This document shows, piece after piece, positions 38,409 through 47,238 of a stretch of 64,000 bases of DNA. Below the pieces are notes generated by a model. That model made no database searches and was not told where the DNA came from. It was given only the letters and a program-made list of their open reading frames with translations. Each line of letters opens with the position of its first letter. The first letter of the stretch is position 1. The DNA comes from Eubacteriales bacterium (GTDB lineage Bacteria; Bacillota; Clostridia; Oscillospirales; CAG-272). The position numbers and the translations under genes are program-made. Location of the stretch: contig JAZOVZ010000106.1 in NCBI GenBank assembly GCA_045658965.1, positions 3,618 to 67,617 of the forward strand. The letters are read 5' to 3'.

Positions 38409-38729
38409 GAGCGTCCGCGTGATGCACCTCATCCACCGCAACCGCGTCGATCATTTCGCGGATGCTCCGCGAAATATCTCTCCGCTGCGGTCCCCCTTCC
38501 CCAGCGGGGCAAGGCTTATTTCAGTTGCCCTTATCGATAAAAACGAGCAAGACGGAAGCAATCTTACCTTTACCGTAACGGTCAACCTAACAAAGCGGAT
38601 GCGCGCAGAAAGCCTTGCCCCGCTGGGGAAGATATTTGCAAGCAAATTAGACCGCAGCGGAAGCAGAAACGAGCAGCGCGAGTTTCAATGACGCGGTTGC
38701 GGTGGATGAGGTGCATCATATGGACGCTC
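38409..38729. mobile_element. 321-bp MITE-like element with 40-nt terminal inverted repeats
   Basis: The left TIR is GAGCGTCCGCGTGATGCACCTCATCCACCGCAACCGCGTC (38409-38448). It matches the reverse complement of 38690-38729 at 37/40. A second nested inverted repeat (CGCTGCGGT...CCCCAGCGGGGCAAGGCTT / AAGCCTTGCCCCGCTGGGG...ACCGCAGCG) lies inside. No coding capacity. Confidence 0.75.
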
Positions 38730-38795
38730 TTTCACATCTTCGTAAATGCAAAAGGAGCTGAGTAGATGACTCAGCCCCTACGGTTCATTTGCCTG

Positions 38796-40247
38796 TTACG
38801 ACCGCTTGACGTTGATCTTGAGCAGCTCGTCGACCGTATCGTTATCAATGACCTCGTTGGCTGCCGCACCTGCATAGCGGGCGGTCTGGTAGACCTCAAA
38901 CAGCATCTTTTCGTCATCCTCGATGGCGATCTCCTGTCCGATCTCCTGCGGGGTCTGATGATACTTGACGCGATAGCCCTGCTTGATACGGCGGATCATG
39001 TAGTCAACGAAAATGAAGCGCACGCGCGCGGCGTTATCGGGCAGCTCGTGCCATTTTGCCTCGTTGCGCAGCTTTTTGGCTTTTTTTGCCTTGGTCGGCT
39101 TATCCACGTAGACAAAGCTCTTTTCATCCTTGCCCTTGAGTCTTTGCTTGCCGATAGAAATGCCCACAAGCCCCAGCACGCGGTCCAGTGCCTTGACCAC
39201 CGGCTTTGCCACGCGTTTGCCGATCTCCAAGGCTTTGAGTGCCATTTTGCGCTTGAGAGAGGGACTGAGCATGCGGAAAAATTGCACAATGGCAAACACC
39301 GCACCCACAATGACCATCACTACGCAAAGTCCGCGGATCTTATCTCCGTGCAGCCTTAAAAAATCGTTTTCGGGATCAATGCGGCTTGCCGCAAAGAAGG
39401 CAGAGCCCCAAAGTCCCGTGCCGCACACGACCAAGCCCACAAGTCCTGCGATCAGTCGCTTTTTGTTGATGGTGCGCCAGATCTCGGCATAATCCACGCC
39501 GCTGACGCTGTCCTCGGCACGTGCGCGCTTTTTGCGCACGATCTCGGTTTGCGGGGCGTCGTCATCCCTTACGGGAGCGTTTCCCTTATGCGGGGCGTCG
39601 AGGACGTCGCCCCCTACCTTTTTGGATCTTGATCTGTATTTGGACGCAGCCTTACGGCACTTTTGAGAGAGCTGCGCGCTGTCGGAATATGCGGAGATCT
39701 GCTCAAAGATCTCGGCAGCCTCCTCGTATTCGGGTCCCGACTGCGCTGCCGTGTACAGCTCGACAGCCGCCCTGTACGCACACTCGGTATAGTGCTTGCC
39801 GTAACGCTCGGCAAGATCGCGGGAATCCTTATATCCCTTGATCTTGTTCATCTTGAAATACGCCTCGCGCATATCCTGCCAGCGTCCCTCGCATTGCTCG
39901 TACAGCGCAATCGCCTCGGCATAGCACAAAGCCGTCGCCTTGGCTTTATACGTACGCGCCCACTCGCGCGCATCCATATAGTCCGAGATCTGCGCCAATA
40001 CGGCTGCCGCCTCGAAATAATCCTCGCTGGTTAAATCCTCGCGGGATGCAAAATCCTCACGGTATTCGCGGTACGCCCCCGCAGACGCGGCACGCACGCA
40101 TTTTGTGTAATAGGTGGACGCTTCCTTGAAGTTTTCCAGCTCGTGAAACTGCTTGGCAAGCTCCAAAAATTCGCGCCAGGTGGAGGTACCGGCAAACCGA
40201 TGCATCAGCTCGGTATAGCGCAGGTTCATTTGTGCTTCACTCGCCAT
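38796..40247 (-). CDS. Membrane protein with N-terminal TPR/Sel1-like repeats and C-terminal DUF4129-like domain
   Basis: 483 aa. Repeated A/Y/E-rich helical pairs, two TM segments, and a C-terminus with VRFIFVDYMIRRIKQGYRVKYHQTPQEIGQEI...YQTARYAG. It is the third gene of the MoxR-DUF58 operon. Confidence 0.6.
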   Translation of the reverse strand: MASEAQMNLRYTELMHRFAGTSTWREFLELAKQFHELENFKEASTYYTKCVRAASAGAYREYREDFASREDLTSEDYFEAAAVLAQISDYMDAREWARTYKAKATALCYAEAIALYEQCEGRWQDMREAYFKMNKIKGYKDSRDLAERYGKHYTECAYRAAVELYTAAQSGPEYEEAAEIFEQISAYSDSAQLSQKCRKAASKYRSRSKKVGGDVLDAPHKGNAPVRDDDAPQTEIVRKKRARAEDSVSGVDYAEIWRTINKKRLIAGLVGLVVCGTGLWGSAFFAASRIDPENDFLRLHGDKIRGLCVVMVIVGAVFAIVQFFRMLSPSLKRKMALKALEIGKRVAKPVVKALDRVLGLVGISIGKQRLKGKDEKSFVYVDKPTKAKKAKKLRNEAKWHELPDNAARVRFIFVDYMIRRIKQGYRVKYHQTPQEIGQEIAIEDDEKMLFEVYQTARYAGAAANEVIDNDTVDELLKINVKRS

Positions 40248-41427
40248 CGTATACTTCCTCCCCCTCTAAAATGATGACCTGCACCGAGTTGCCAAGACGC
40301 TCCAGAGCGTCGGTTCTCGCCTGCACGTCGGGGTTTTCGGCAAACGCGACGATCACGATCTCGGTGTCGGCAATGCCCTCGGTCACGGCATTTTCCAAAA
40401 GGGATGCAAACGAGCCGCCCTCTCGCGGGGTAATGCACGCCATCTCCTTTAAGATCGCCAGCATGTGCGCCTCACCGCTCTCACACGGAAAACGCAAGCT
40501 CATCTCACCGTTCTGCGATTTGCAGTTGGCGGCAAAGCCCACGCGGAAGCCGCCGTATGCAGCGTCGCGCACAAGGGCTGCACAGAAGGAAAGCCCCTCT
40601 TCACCGCGGCGGTTATATTCCTCGCCATCCATGCTCATGCCCATGGGCAGGTGGAAGTCCATATAGATCATCATGCGTCGGCTGGCGCAAAACTCTCTGG
40701 AATTGACCTTGAAGGGCGAGGTTGCCGCGCCGCCGAACGGCACGCGCGCGGATGCCTTGAAGTTGATCTGCGAGATCTGGTCGCCAAAGCGGTAATCGCG
40801 AATGCCCGCAAAGGAGAAAGGATCCTGATACAGCGGACGGCGGCTGACGTAGTCGCCCTGCAATCTACCTTGGGCAAAATCCTGCATGTCCAACGGGATA
40901 GCTTTGGGATATACGAAAATCTCGGCGGGCGCATCCTGCGCAAGCGGCCCCGACTTGGAATAGATGGACGCCACGTGCAGATTGTAATGCCCTCTTTTTT
41001 TGCAAATGACCTTGTGTCTGCGGCGGATCTGCATATACGGCCACAGATTGAAGCGGCTGATCAGATACTGCATGGAATTTTTGTCATCGGGATCTCTCTC
41101 GTATTCCTCCAGCTCCAGCTCGTTATAGAAATATGACTCGATATCCACCCACAAAAGCGGAAAAGAGCTGGTATTGCGCACGGTCTCGATCAGCTCGACC
41201 TCGTCGCCCTCGTACACACCAACCTCGGAAAACTCTCTCGTATACTCGATATTTCCAAGGCGTTTGTTGCGCAGGGCGATATAAATGCGGTAAAGAATCA
41301 GCGCAAGCAATCCAAGCACGGCAAGCGTGATCAGCACGTAAAACCACGGAGATCTGGTAAACTCCGCGATCTTGTCCGCCATGTTGGTAATATACTCGGC
41401 AATTCCCTTTAATGCTTCAGGCGACAT
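40237..41427 (-). CDS. DUF58 domain-containing protein (vWA-like, MoxR partner)
   Basis: 396 aa with an N-terminal TM pair and a DUF58-like core. The genes overlap (the DUF58 start shares 1 nt with the MoxR stop, and its end overlaps the DUF4129 gene by 11 nt). Confidence 0.7.
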   Translation of the reverse strand: MSPEALKGIAEYITNMADKIAEFTRSPWFYVLITLAVLGLLALILYRIYIALRNKRLGNIEYTREFSEVGVYEGDEVELIETVRNTSSFPLLWVDIESYFYNELELEEYERDPDDKNSMQYLISRFNLWPYMQIRRRHKVICKKRGHYNLHVASIYSKSGPLAQDAPAEIFVYPKAIPLDMQDFAQGRLQGDYVSRRPLYQDPFSFAGIRDYRFGDQISQINFKASARVPFGGAATSPFKVNSREFCASRRMMIYMDFHLPMGMSMDGEEYNRRGEEGLSFCAALVRDAAYGGFRVGFAANCKSQNGEMSLRFPCESGEAHMLAILKEMACITPREGGSFASLLENAVTEGIADTEIVIVAFAENPDVQARTDALERLGNSVQVIILEGEEVYDGE

Positions 41428-42398
41428 TATCTTTCCTCAAAAATTGCCTCGGTGGGTACGGTAACCGTGCCGAGAATGTCCTCTACGACGTTAAAGGCGG
41501 CATTCTTATGAATACGCGCGGAGTTTTCTAACATAATTCTGTGGTCAAGCACGGGGTGTGCCGCACGCTTGACGTCATCCGGAATGACGTAATTTCTGCC
41601 TGCAATGGCAGCGTATCCCTTTGCAGCACGCATCAAGGACAGCGCACCGCGGGGGCTGACGCCCAGGATAACCTTGGGATACTTTCTGGTTCTTTCCACA
41701 ATGTTGGTAATGTAGCTCATCAGCTCGCGGCATACGTATACCTTGGGGAGCTCCTCAATGGCACGGCACAGCTCCTGCTGGGTGACCACAGGCTGCAGCT
41801 TCTCCAGGGGACTTGCCTTATCAAAGCGCGCCAGGATATCCACGCCCTCCATGTGGTTGGGATAATCCATGCTGCCCTTCATCAAAAATCTGTCCAGCTG
41901 TGCCTCGGGCAGCGGGAAGGTACCCATGTTTTCCACGGGGTTCTGGGTTGCAATGACCATAAAGGGCGCAGCCAGACGGTAGGTCTTGCCGTCAATGGTG
42001 GTCTGTCCCTCTTCCATACATTCCAAGAGACCCGACTGGGTCTTGGGGGTTGCGCGGTTGATCTCGTCCGCCAGCACGATGTTGGCAAAGATGGGACCGG
42101 GCACAAACTCAAACTCAGACTTCTTCATGTTAAAGAAGTTGATACCCGTGATATCCGAGGGCAAAAGGTCGGGGGTGAACTGGATACGCTTGAAATCACA
42201 GCCCACGCTTGCAGCCAGCGACTTGATCAGCATGGTCTTACCCGTGCCGGGTACGTCCTCCAGCAGCACGTGACCGCCGCAAAGCATGGACACCAGCAGC
42301 ATATCGATGGTATCCTCCTTACCGACGATGACCTTGCCGATATTCTCTTTAATTTTTGTATAAACCTGTGTAATATTCTGGGAAACCGAAACAGACAT
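41427..42398 (-). CDS. MoxR-family AAA+ ATPase
   Basis: Start at ATG 42398. Walker A LEDVPGTGKT, LADEINRA, and the typical MoxR length. Confidence 0.9.
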   Translation of the reverse strand: MSVSVSQNITQVYTKIKENIGKVIVGKEDTIDMLLVSMLCGGHVLLEDVPGTGKTMLIKSLAASVGCDFKRIQFTPDLLPSDITGINFFNMKKSEFEFVPGPIFANIVLADEINRATPKTQSGLLECMEEGQTTIDGKTYRLAAPFMVIATQNPVENMGTFPLPEAQLDRFLMKGSMDYPNHMEGVDILARFDKASPLEKLQPVVTQQELCRAIEELPKVYVCRELMSYITNIVERTRKYPKVILGVSPRGALSLMRAAKGYAAIAGRNYVIPDDVKRAAHPVLDHRIMLENSARIHKNAAFNVVEDILGTVTVPTEAIFEER

Positions 42399-42551
42399 AA
42401 TGCCCTCCAAAAAATACTTAATCGTATTATTTTACCATATTTTTATTAGAATGTCAAGAAAGTATTGGGGCGTGAACGAAAAACGGTCTCTCCAACCGTC
42501 CGTTGTAGGGACAGGCGTCCCCGACTGTCAGCCCTCATACCGTATGGACAG

Positions 42552-43565
42552 TTATTTTTGCGTTCTCTCCATCACGGAGATCAAACTCGACATAGAATAT
42601 AACTTTGCACCTCCCAAAGTGGCAGGCAGGGTGTCACCGTCTATAAGCTTATGAATATGGCTATTTTCGCAAATCTCAACGTTCAGCGGTATGGGATTGA
42701 GCAAAAAGACAGGAACATTCACTTTATCGGGAGCAAAGCATTCCTTATAGTTCACCTCGGGCATGAGATGCGCTCCTTCGGGAAGCTTTATCATTTCGGA
42801 ATGATAAAACGTAAGCAGCGGATCGTTTTCCCGACCCTTCAACCGCCAAAAGGTCGAGCGCGAATAAGGAGCAATACCGGGAGACATAAACATATACCCG
42901 TAATTCTTATCATAGCTGTAGATACCATTGTCTTGTAGATGGAGCGTACGGCGGCGCTTCACCGTCGCCCACATGGATAAAATATAGCGATGCTCCCCAA
43001 GCTCCACGATCAACTCGGGAGACGTTGTACGGACAAACAGAGATTTGTACCCATTCTCTCGACAGATCAATGTGCCGTTATGCTTTTTCACAAATGTTTT
43101 TAGCCTGCGCAAAGCCGATGCACGCTTGCCGATTGCGCGTCCCCATTTCACGGCGAGCAACAGTAATACAAATATCGCAGTAAGAGCAATCAACTGCAAT
43201 CCAAAACCGCTCCAAGCTTGCAGATAATCATTTTCGGTGGTCAGATACAAATATGCCAATCCGCCAATGACCGCTGCTCCCGCCAACCAAGGAAGGACCA
43301 GGGGAAAATGGTGCGTGTTGTGCACAGACGCCATCAAGGTTGAAAGCTTATCGGTGCTTCCCAAGGACTCTTCCAGCTCGGCATAAGCCTGTTCCGGAGG
43401 AATTCCCTGCCTCATAATATCTTCTATAGCATCTTCCAGATGACCGCGAAATTCAGCAGTTGCTTTTTTTCGGCGACGCTCCGATTTGATCTCGCTGCAA
43501 ACCCTGGCAGCCAGCCTGTCCAAGGCATCATTCAAGTCAAAATGACTGCTATTTCGTTCGCTCAT
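42552..43565 (-). CDS. PadR-associated membrane protein (DUF1700-like N-terminus)
   Basis: 337 aa. N-terminal helical segment (FRGHLEDAIEDIMRQGIPPEQAYAELEESLGS), then 2-3 TM segments and a C-terminal domain. It abuts the padR stop. Confidence 0.55.
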   Translation of the reverse strand: MSERNSSHFDLNDALDRLAARVCSEIKSERRRKKATAEFRGHLEDAIEDIMRQGIPPEQAYAELEESLGSTDKLSTLMASVHNTHHFPLVLPWLAGAAVIGGLAYLYLTTENDYLQAWSGFGLQLIALTAIFVLLLLAVKWGRAIGKRASALRRLKTFVKKHNGTLICRENGYKSLFVRTTSPELIVELGEHRYILSMWATVKRRRTLHLQDNGIYSYDKNYGYMFMSPGIAPYSRSTFWRLKGRENDPLLTFYHSEMIKLPEGAHLMPEVNYKECFAPDKVNVPVFLLNPIPLNVEICENSHIHKLIDGDTLPATLGGAKLYSMSSLISVMERTQK

Positions 43566-43566
43566 A

Positions 43567-43902
43567 TTATACTCCCTCTGAACCGAGCACCAATGTCACA
43601 GCATCACTGAAAACTTGCCATTCTTCCATACGGGCAGCCAAGTGCAATCTTCCCTGTACCGTGATGCGGTAATAGCGGCGCGAACGACCGGTTTCACTCT
43701 GCCCGTCGTAAGAAGTCACGTGTCCTTCTTTTTCGAGCATGTGCAGTATCGGGTACAGCGTGCCTTCGTTGAGCTTGAAAGCATCATTGGAACGGGCTGC
43801 AATTTCTCGGATAATGCGGTATCCATACATATCCTCATCCGCAATGACGCGCAGCACCATAAGAGCCGTGCTTCCTTTGAGCAATTCTTTACTGATTTTC
43901 AT
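43567..43902 (-). CDS. PadR-family transcriptional regulator
   Basis: GYRIIREIAARSNDAFKLNEGTLYPILHMLEKEGHVTS. Start placed at ATG 43902, about 9 nt after GGAGG. Confidence 0.85.
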   Translation of the reverse strand: MKISKELLKGSTALMVLRVIADEDMYGYRIIREIAARSNDAFKLNEGTLYPILHMLEKEGHVTSYDGQSETGRSRRYYRITVQGRLHLAARMEEWQVFSDAVTLVLGSEGV

Positions 43903-44066
43903 TTCCATATACCTCCGACTTCTATACATAGATATCCGATGCATTCATTATACCTCGGATATCTATGCTTGTCAAGGGGGGTGATGAAAAATATTGTGAG
44001 TTTTCTGCTAAACCACGGGCAAAGGGGGCTTAGGACACCGACTTCGCCCCTTCCGCTTAGGTGAAG

Positions 44067-44290
44067 GAGCGTCCGCGTAATGTACCTCATCCACCGCAAC
44101 CGCGTCGCCTTCTCAGGTCGGCTCCGCTGCGGTCTAATTTGCTTGCAAATATCTTCCCCCGCGGGGCAAGGCTTTGCTGCGATTGCCTTTGCCGATAAGT
44201 ATTAACAAGACGGACGCTATAATTGCCTACACCGCAGCGATCAACCTATCAAAAAGGAGGCGCGAAGAAAGCCTTGCCCCGCGGGGAGGC
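44067..44290. repeat. Truncated second copy of the 321-bp MITE family
   Basis: The left TIR GAGCGTCCGCGTAATGTACCTCATCCACCGCAACCGCGTC has 2 mismatches to 38409-38448. The interior is homologous to 38480-38630. No right TIR. Confidence 0.7.
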
Positions 44291-44335
44291 TGTTTGTACA
44301 CCCTTGCCATTGAGCGATAGTGAAAACCCCTGCGC

Positions 44336-44364
44336 TTGACAGACCGCTGCTTTTATGCTATACT
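44336..44364 (+). promoter_or_regulatory. Sigma-70-type promoter
   Basis: TTGACA, 17-nt spacer, TGcTATACT. The start codon is 45 nt downstream. Confidence 0.55.
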
Positions 44365-44408
44365 GATTTGAACAAATCACGCGCGATGCGAGAAAGGACG
44401 GTGGCAAA

Positions 44409-45077
44409 ATGAGAAAAGAGCTCTTGAACGGGACTCCCATTCCATATCATTTGAGCATTGACGCATTAAAAACGTTGATGGCATCTGCCGAGATGAAAGA
44501 CTTTTCGCTCGCGTGTGAAGCGCTTTCATATCACCAAGACCCCCAAGCATACGCGATTATGAAATCCTACATCAACGACAAGGACAAATATCGGCGGTTG
44601 TACGTCTTAAAAACGATTTTCCGACACGCACAGGCAAAGGAGCTGACGCCTTTTCTTGAAGCTGCAATTGCCTCCGACGATTTTCTTTTTGTGAGTAGCG
44701 GATTGCTTACAGCTGCAGACTACAACATCGCCGTTTCCGAAGCCCTGCTCTTTTCCGCAGCAAATTGCCATTTGCCAAAGCTTGGTATGGAATTATGCGC
44801 CTTAAAATTATCCGACACAACCGAAGACAACTATCAAAAACTGATCGGACTTTTTGAAAAATCGATCACAAGCAGTCAAAAGGAAATCTTGTGCGAGATA
44901 CTCACTCAAAAGTATCTTCTGACTAAAGCCCGTGATCTGTTTGATATATTCAGTAAGGAAGCTTCTCCCAAGGCAAGATTGTGCGCGGTCAATATTGGAA
45001 AGGCGTACGGCTTTGATATTACTCCATTCGCAGCAGATGCGGACGGTCACGTCAGAAAGGCCGCTCAAGAAAAATAG
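44409..45077 (+). CDS. HEAT/ARM-like repeat protein (hypothetical)
   Basis: 222 aa, all-helical, with repeating roughly 30-aa units. Confidence 0.5.
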   Translation: MRKELLNGTPIPYHLSIDALKTLMASAEMKDFSLACEALSYHQDPQAYAIMKSYINDKDKYRRLYVLKTIFRHAQAKELTPFLEAAIASDDFLFVSSGLLTAADYNIAVSEALLFSAANCHLPKLGMELCALKLSDTTEDNYQKLIGLFEKSITSSQKEILCEILTQKYLLTKARDLFDIFSKEASPKARLCAVNIGKAYGFDITPFAADADGHVRKAAQEK

Positions 45078-45155
45078 TGATCGCAAGGGCGGGATGTCGA
45101 GGACGCCATCCCCTACCACCCGAACACACCCCCGACGCTATCACGATCGGAATCA

Positions 45156-45194
45156 TAAAAAACGCTCGACAACCAAAAGTTATCGAGCGTTTTT
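45156..45194. terminator. Bidirectional terminator between convergent genes
   Basis: AAAAAACGCTCGA..13 nt..TCGAGCGTTTTTG. Confidence 0.7.
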
Positions 45195-45213
45195 GTTTTG
45201 CAAATGATAATAT

Positions 45214-46047
45214 TTATTCCCCGATACTCTCGATCAGCGCAGGGATTGCCTGCTCAAAGTTGACACCGTACCAGTTGTGGTTCTCCTCTGCCTCGGTCAG
45301 GCGGATGCTTTCGTAGGTAAAATCAGCCGCAACGGCAATCGACTCATGCAAGCTCTTGCCGCGCATGAGTGCGCCCACGCAAGCGGATGCGAACACGTCG
45401 CCCGTGCCGTGATAGGATACGGGGATGCGGTCGTGATAGTAAGAGAAGAACTCGCCCGTGGTGCTGTCATAGCCCATAGCACCGGTCACGTTCTCCTGCA
45501 GGCTGACACCGGTCAGCACCGCTCTCTTTGCGCCCATGTCGCACAGACGGCGCAAAACGTCCTTGACGTACTCCTCGGAGTAGCCCTCTGCGACGTAGGG
45601 GATATCCAGCATAAAGGATGCCTCGGTCATATTGGGCACGATGATGTCGGCAATGGCGCAAAGCTCTGCCATTTTGTGTGCAAACGCCTCGTCAAAGCCG
45701 TAATACAGCTTGCCGTTATCGCCCATGGCGGGGTCAACGAACAACAGCGCACCCTCAAAATCGGCTGCCATCTTCTTGACCAGGTCGATCTGATCAAAGG
45801 ACGCAAGGTAGCCTGTATAAATGGCGTCAAAATCAATGCCCTCTGCCTTCCAATGCGCGGTAATGGGCGTGATCTCGCCCGACAGATCATGTACGGTAAA
45901 GCCCTTTTTGAAGGCAGTGTGCGTGCTCAGCACAGCGGTGGGCAGGATGGCTGCTTCCACACCCATAGCGGAAATGATGGGCAGTGCCACGGTCAGTGAG
46001 CACTTGCCTACGCAGGAAATATCCTGCACGGTAACAATTCTTTTCAT
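45214..46047 (-). CDS. pdxK: Pyridoxal/pyridoxamine kinase
   Basis: 277 aa of the ribokinase-like PdxK family. Contains VQDISCVGKCSLTVALPI and a C-terminal GTGDVFASA anion-hole motif. Confidence 0.8.
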   Translation of the reverse strand: MKRIVTVQDISCVGKCSLTVALPIISAMGVEAAILPTAVLSTHTAFKKGFTVHDLSGEITPITAHWKAEGIDFDAIYTGYLASFDQIDLVKKMAADFEGALLFVDPAMGDNGKLYYGFDEAFAHKMAELCAIADIIVPNMTEASFMLDIPYVAEGYSEEYVKDVLRRLCDMGAKRAVLTGVSLQENVTGAMGYDSTTGEFFSYYHDRIPVSYHGTGDVFASACVGALMRGKSLHESIAVAADFTYESIRLTEAEENHNWYGVNFEQAIPALIESIGE

Positions 46048-46071
46048 ACTCTTTATCCTTTCAACTTAACT

Positions 46072-46971
46072 TCAGTCATAAAGCCCCGTTGACAAATATC
46101 GTTCCCCGCCGTCAGGCAGGATGACGGCGATTTTCTTGCCGCGCATTTGGGCGCGGCTTGCAACCTCGTCTGCTGCGGCAATTGCAGCGCCCGAGGAAAT
46201 GCCCGCGAGCAGCCCCTCGGTCTTTCCGAGCGTGCGGCAAAATTCCCTTGCCTGCTCGGTGCTCACGGTGACGACCTCGTCGATCACGCCTCTCTCCAGC
46301 ACACGCGGCACAAAATTCGCACCGATACCCTGAATGCCGTGCGCACCGCTATATCCTTTGGAAAGCAAGGGCGATTCCGCAGGCTCGACCGCGATCACGT
46401 GCACGTGCGGCAGCTTTTCCTTGAGATACCGTGCCGTACCGCTGATCGTTCCGCCCGTACCCACGCAAGCGATCAGGCAATCAAGCGCACCGTTCGTTTG
46501 CGCCAAGAGCTCGGGACCCGTGGTCGCGTAATGCGCGTGCGCGTTTGCGGGGTTATCAAATTGCCCCAATATCATAGCACCGGGCGTGTTTGCCGCGATG
46601 TGCTCAGCCCTTGCGATCGCACCGCTCATGCCCTCGGCAGCGGGGGTCAGCACGACCTTTGCCCCTCTTGCGCGCATGAGTGCGATTCTCTCGGCGGACA
46701 TATTGTCGGGCATGACGATCACGGCGTGCAAGCCCCGCGCGGATGCCTGCGCTGCCAATGCAATGCCCGTGTTTCCCGAGGTAGGCTCGATGACCGTGCC
46801 GCCCGCCTGCAGCCTGCCCCGGGCAAACGCATCGTCCAGCATATACTGCACCGCTCTGTCCTTAGCAGAGCCGGCTGGATTGCACCACTCGCATTTGGCA
46901 AGCACGTCAGCCTGCCAATCCCGCACAGCCTTCATGCAATCAAGCGCGATCAAGGGCGTGTTTCCGACCAT
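46072..46971 (-). CDS. cysK: Cysteine synthase A (O-acetylserine sulfhydrylase)
   Basis: Start moved to ATG 46971 (MVGNTPLIAL) after GGGGAGGGGAG. The listed 388-aa ORF extends upstream through the promoter. Contains the PLP-Lys region NPAGSAKDR and the TSGNTG loop. Confidence 0.9.
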   Translation of the reverse strand: MVGNTPLIALDCMKAVRDWQADVLAKCEWCNPAGSAKDRAVQYMLDDAFARGRLQAGGTVIEPTSGNTGIALAAQASARGLHAVIVMPDNMSAERIALMRARGAKVVLTPAAEGMSGAIARAEHIAANTPGAMILGQFDNPANAHAHYATTGPELLAQTNGALDCLIACVGTGGTISGTARYLKEKLPHVHVIAVEPAESPLLSKGYSGAHGIQGIGANFVPRVLERGVIDEVVTVSTEQAREFCRTLGKTEGLLAGISSGAAIAAADEVASRAQMRGKKIAVILPDGGERYLSTGLYD

Positions 46972-47002
46972 AAAGCTCCCCTCCCCGAAAAATATGAGAT
47001 AT

Positions 47003-47031
47003 ATTATAGCACATTTTCCACTTCTTTTCAA
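47003..47031 (-). promoter_or_regulatory. Sigma-70-type promoter of cysK
   Basis: On the minus strand: TTGAAA, 17-nt spacer, TATAAT. The start codon is about 32 nt downstream. Confidence 0.55.
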
Positions 47032-47238
47032 CACGAGATGCCAAGGAATTGCGATTTTGTCGAATTGCATATAATGTTTCATATCAAGAAATATTTTTTG
47101 ATGCAAAGAACTAAACAGATTTTGCCAAAAGTATTGTTTTTTGGAGCATTTTGTGGTATCATTGGTTGAATGAACTTGTAAAGCAATTTGATATATGATA
47201 CGATAGATCAATCTTTCCCTTTTGAAAGGAGGGAGCAT

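Noticed and set aside
38419-38691. 90-aa and 64-aa ORFs inside the 321-bp MITE, with similar small ORFs in 13522..13734, 14339..14676, 21449..21675, 21905..22351, 29822..30516, 43899..44099 and 52342..52557
   Set aside because: All of them overlap palindromic repeat DNA and are mirrored by ORFs on the opposite strand. They are artefacts of inverted-repeat sequence.
46972-47238. N-terminal 89-aa extension of the cysK ORF (and similar upstream extensions of ORFs at 21473, 23425, 29819, 38242, 43944, 52682, 56312, 57406 and 62230)
   Set aside because: The extensions run through promoter or repeat sequence and lack family homology. Each has an internal ATG with a proper SD at the position where the conserved protein family begins.
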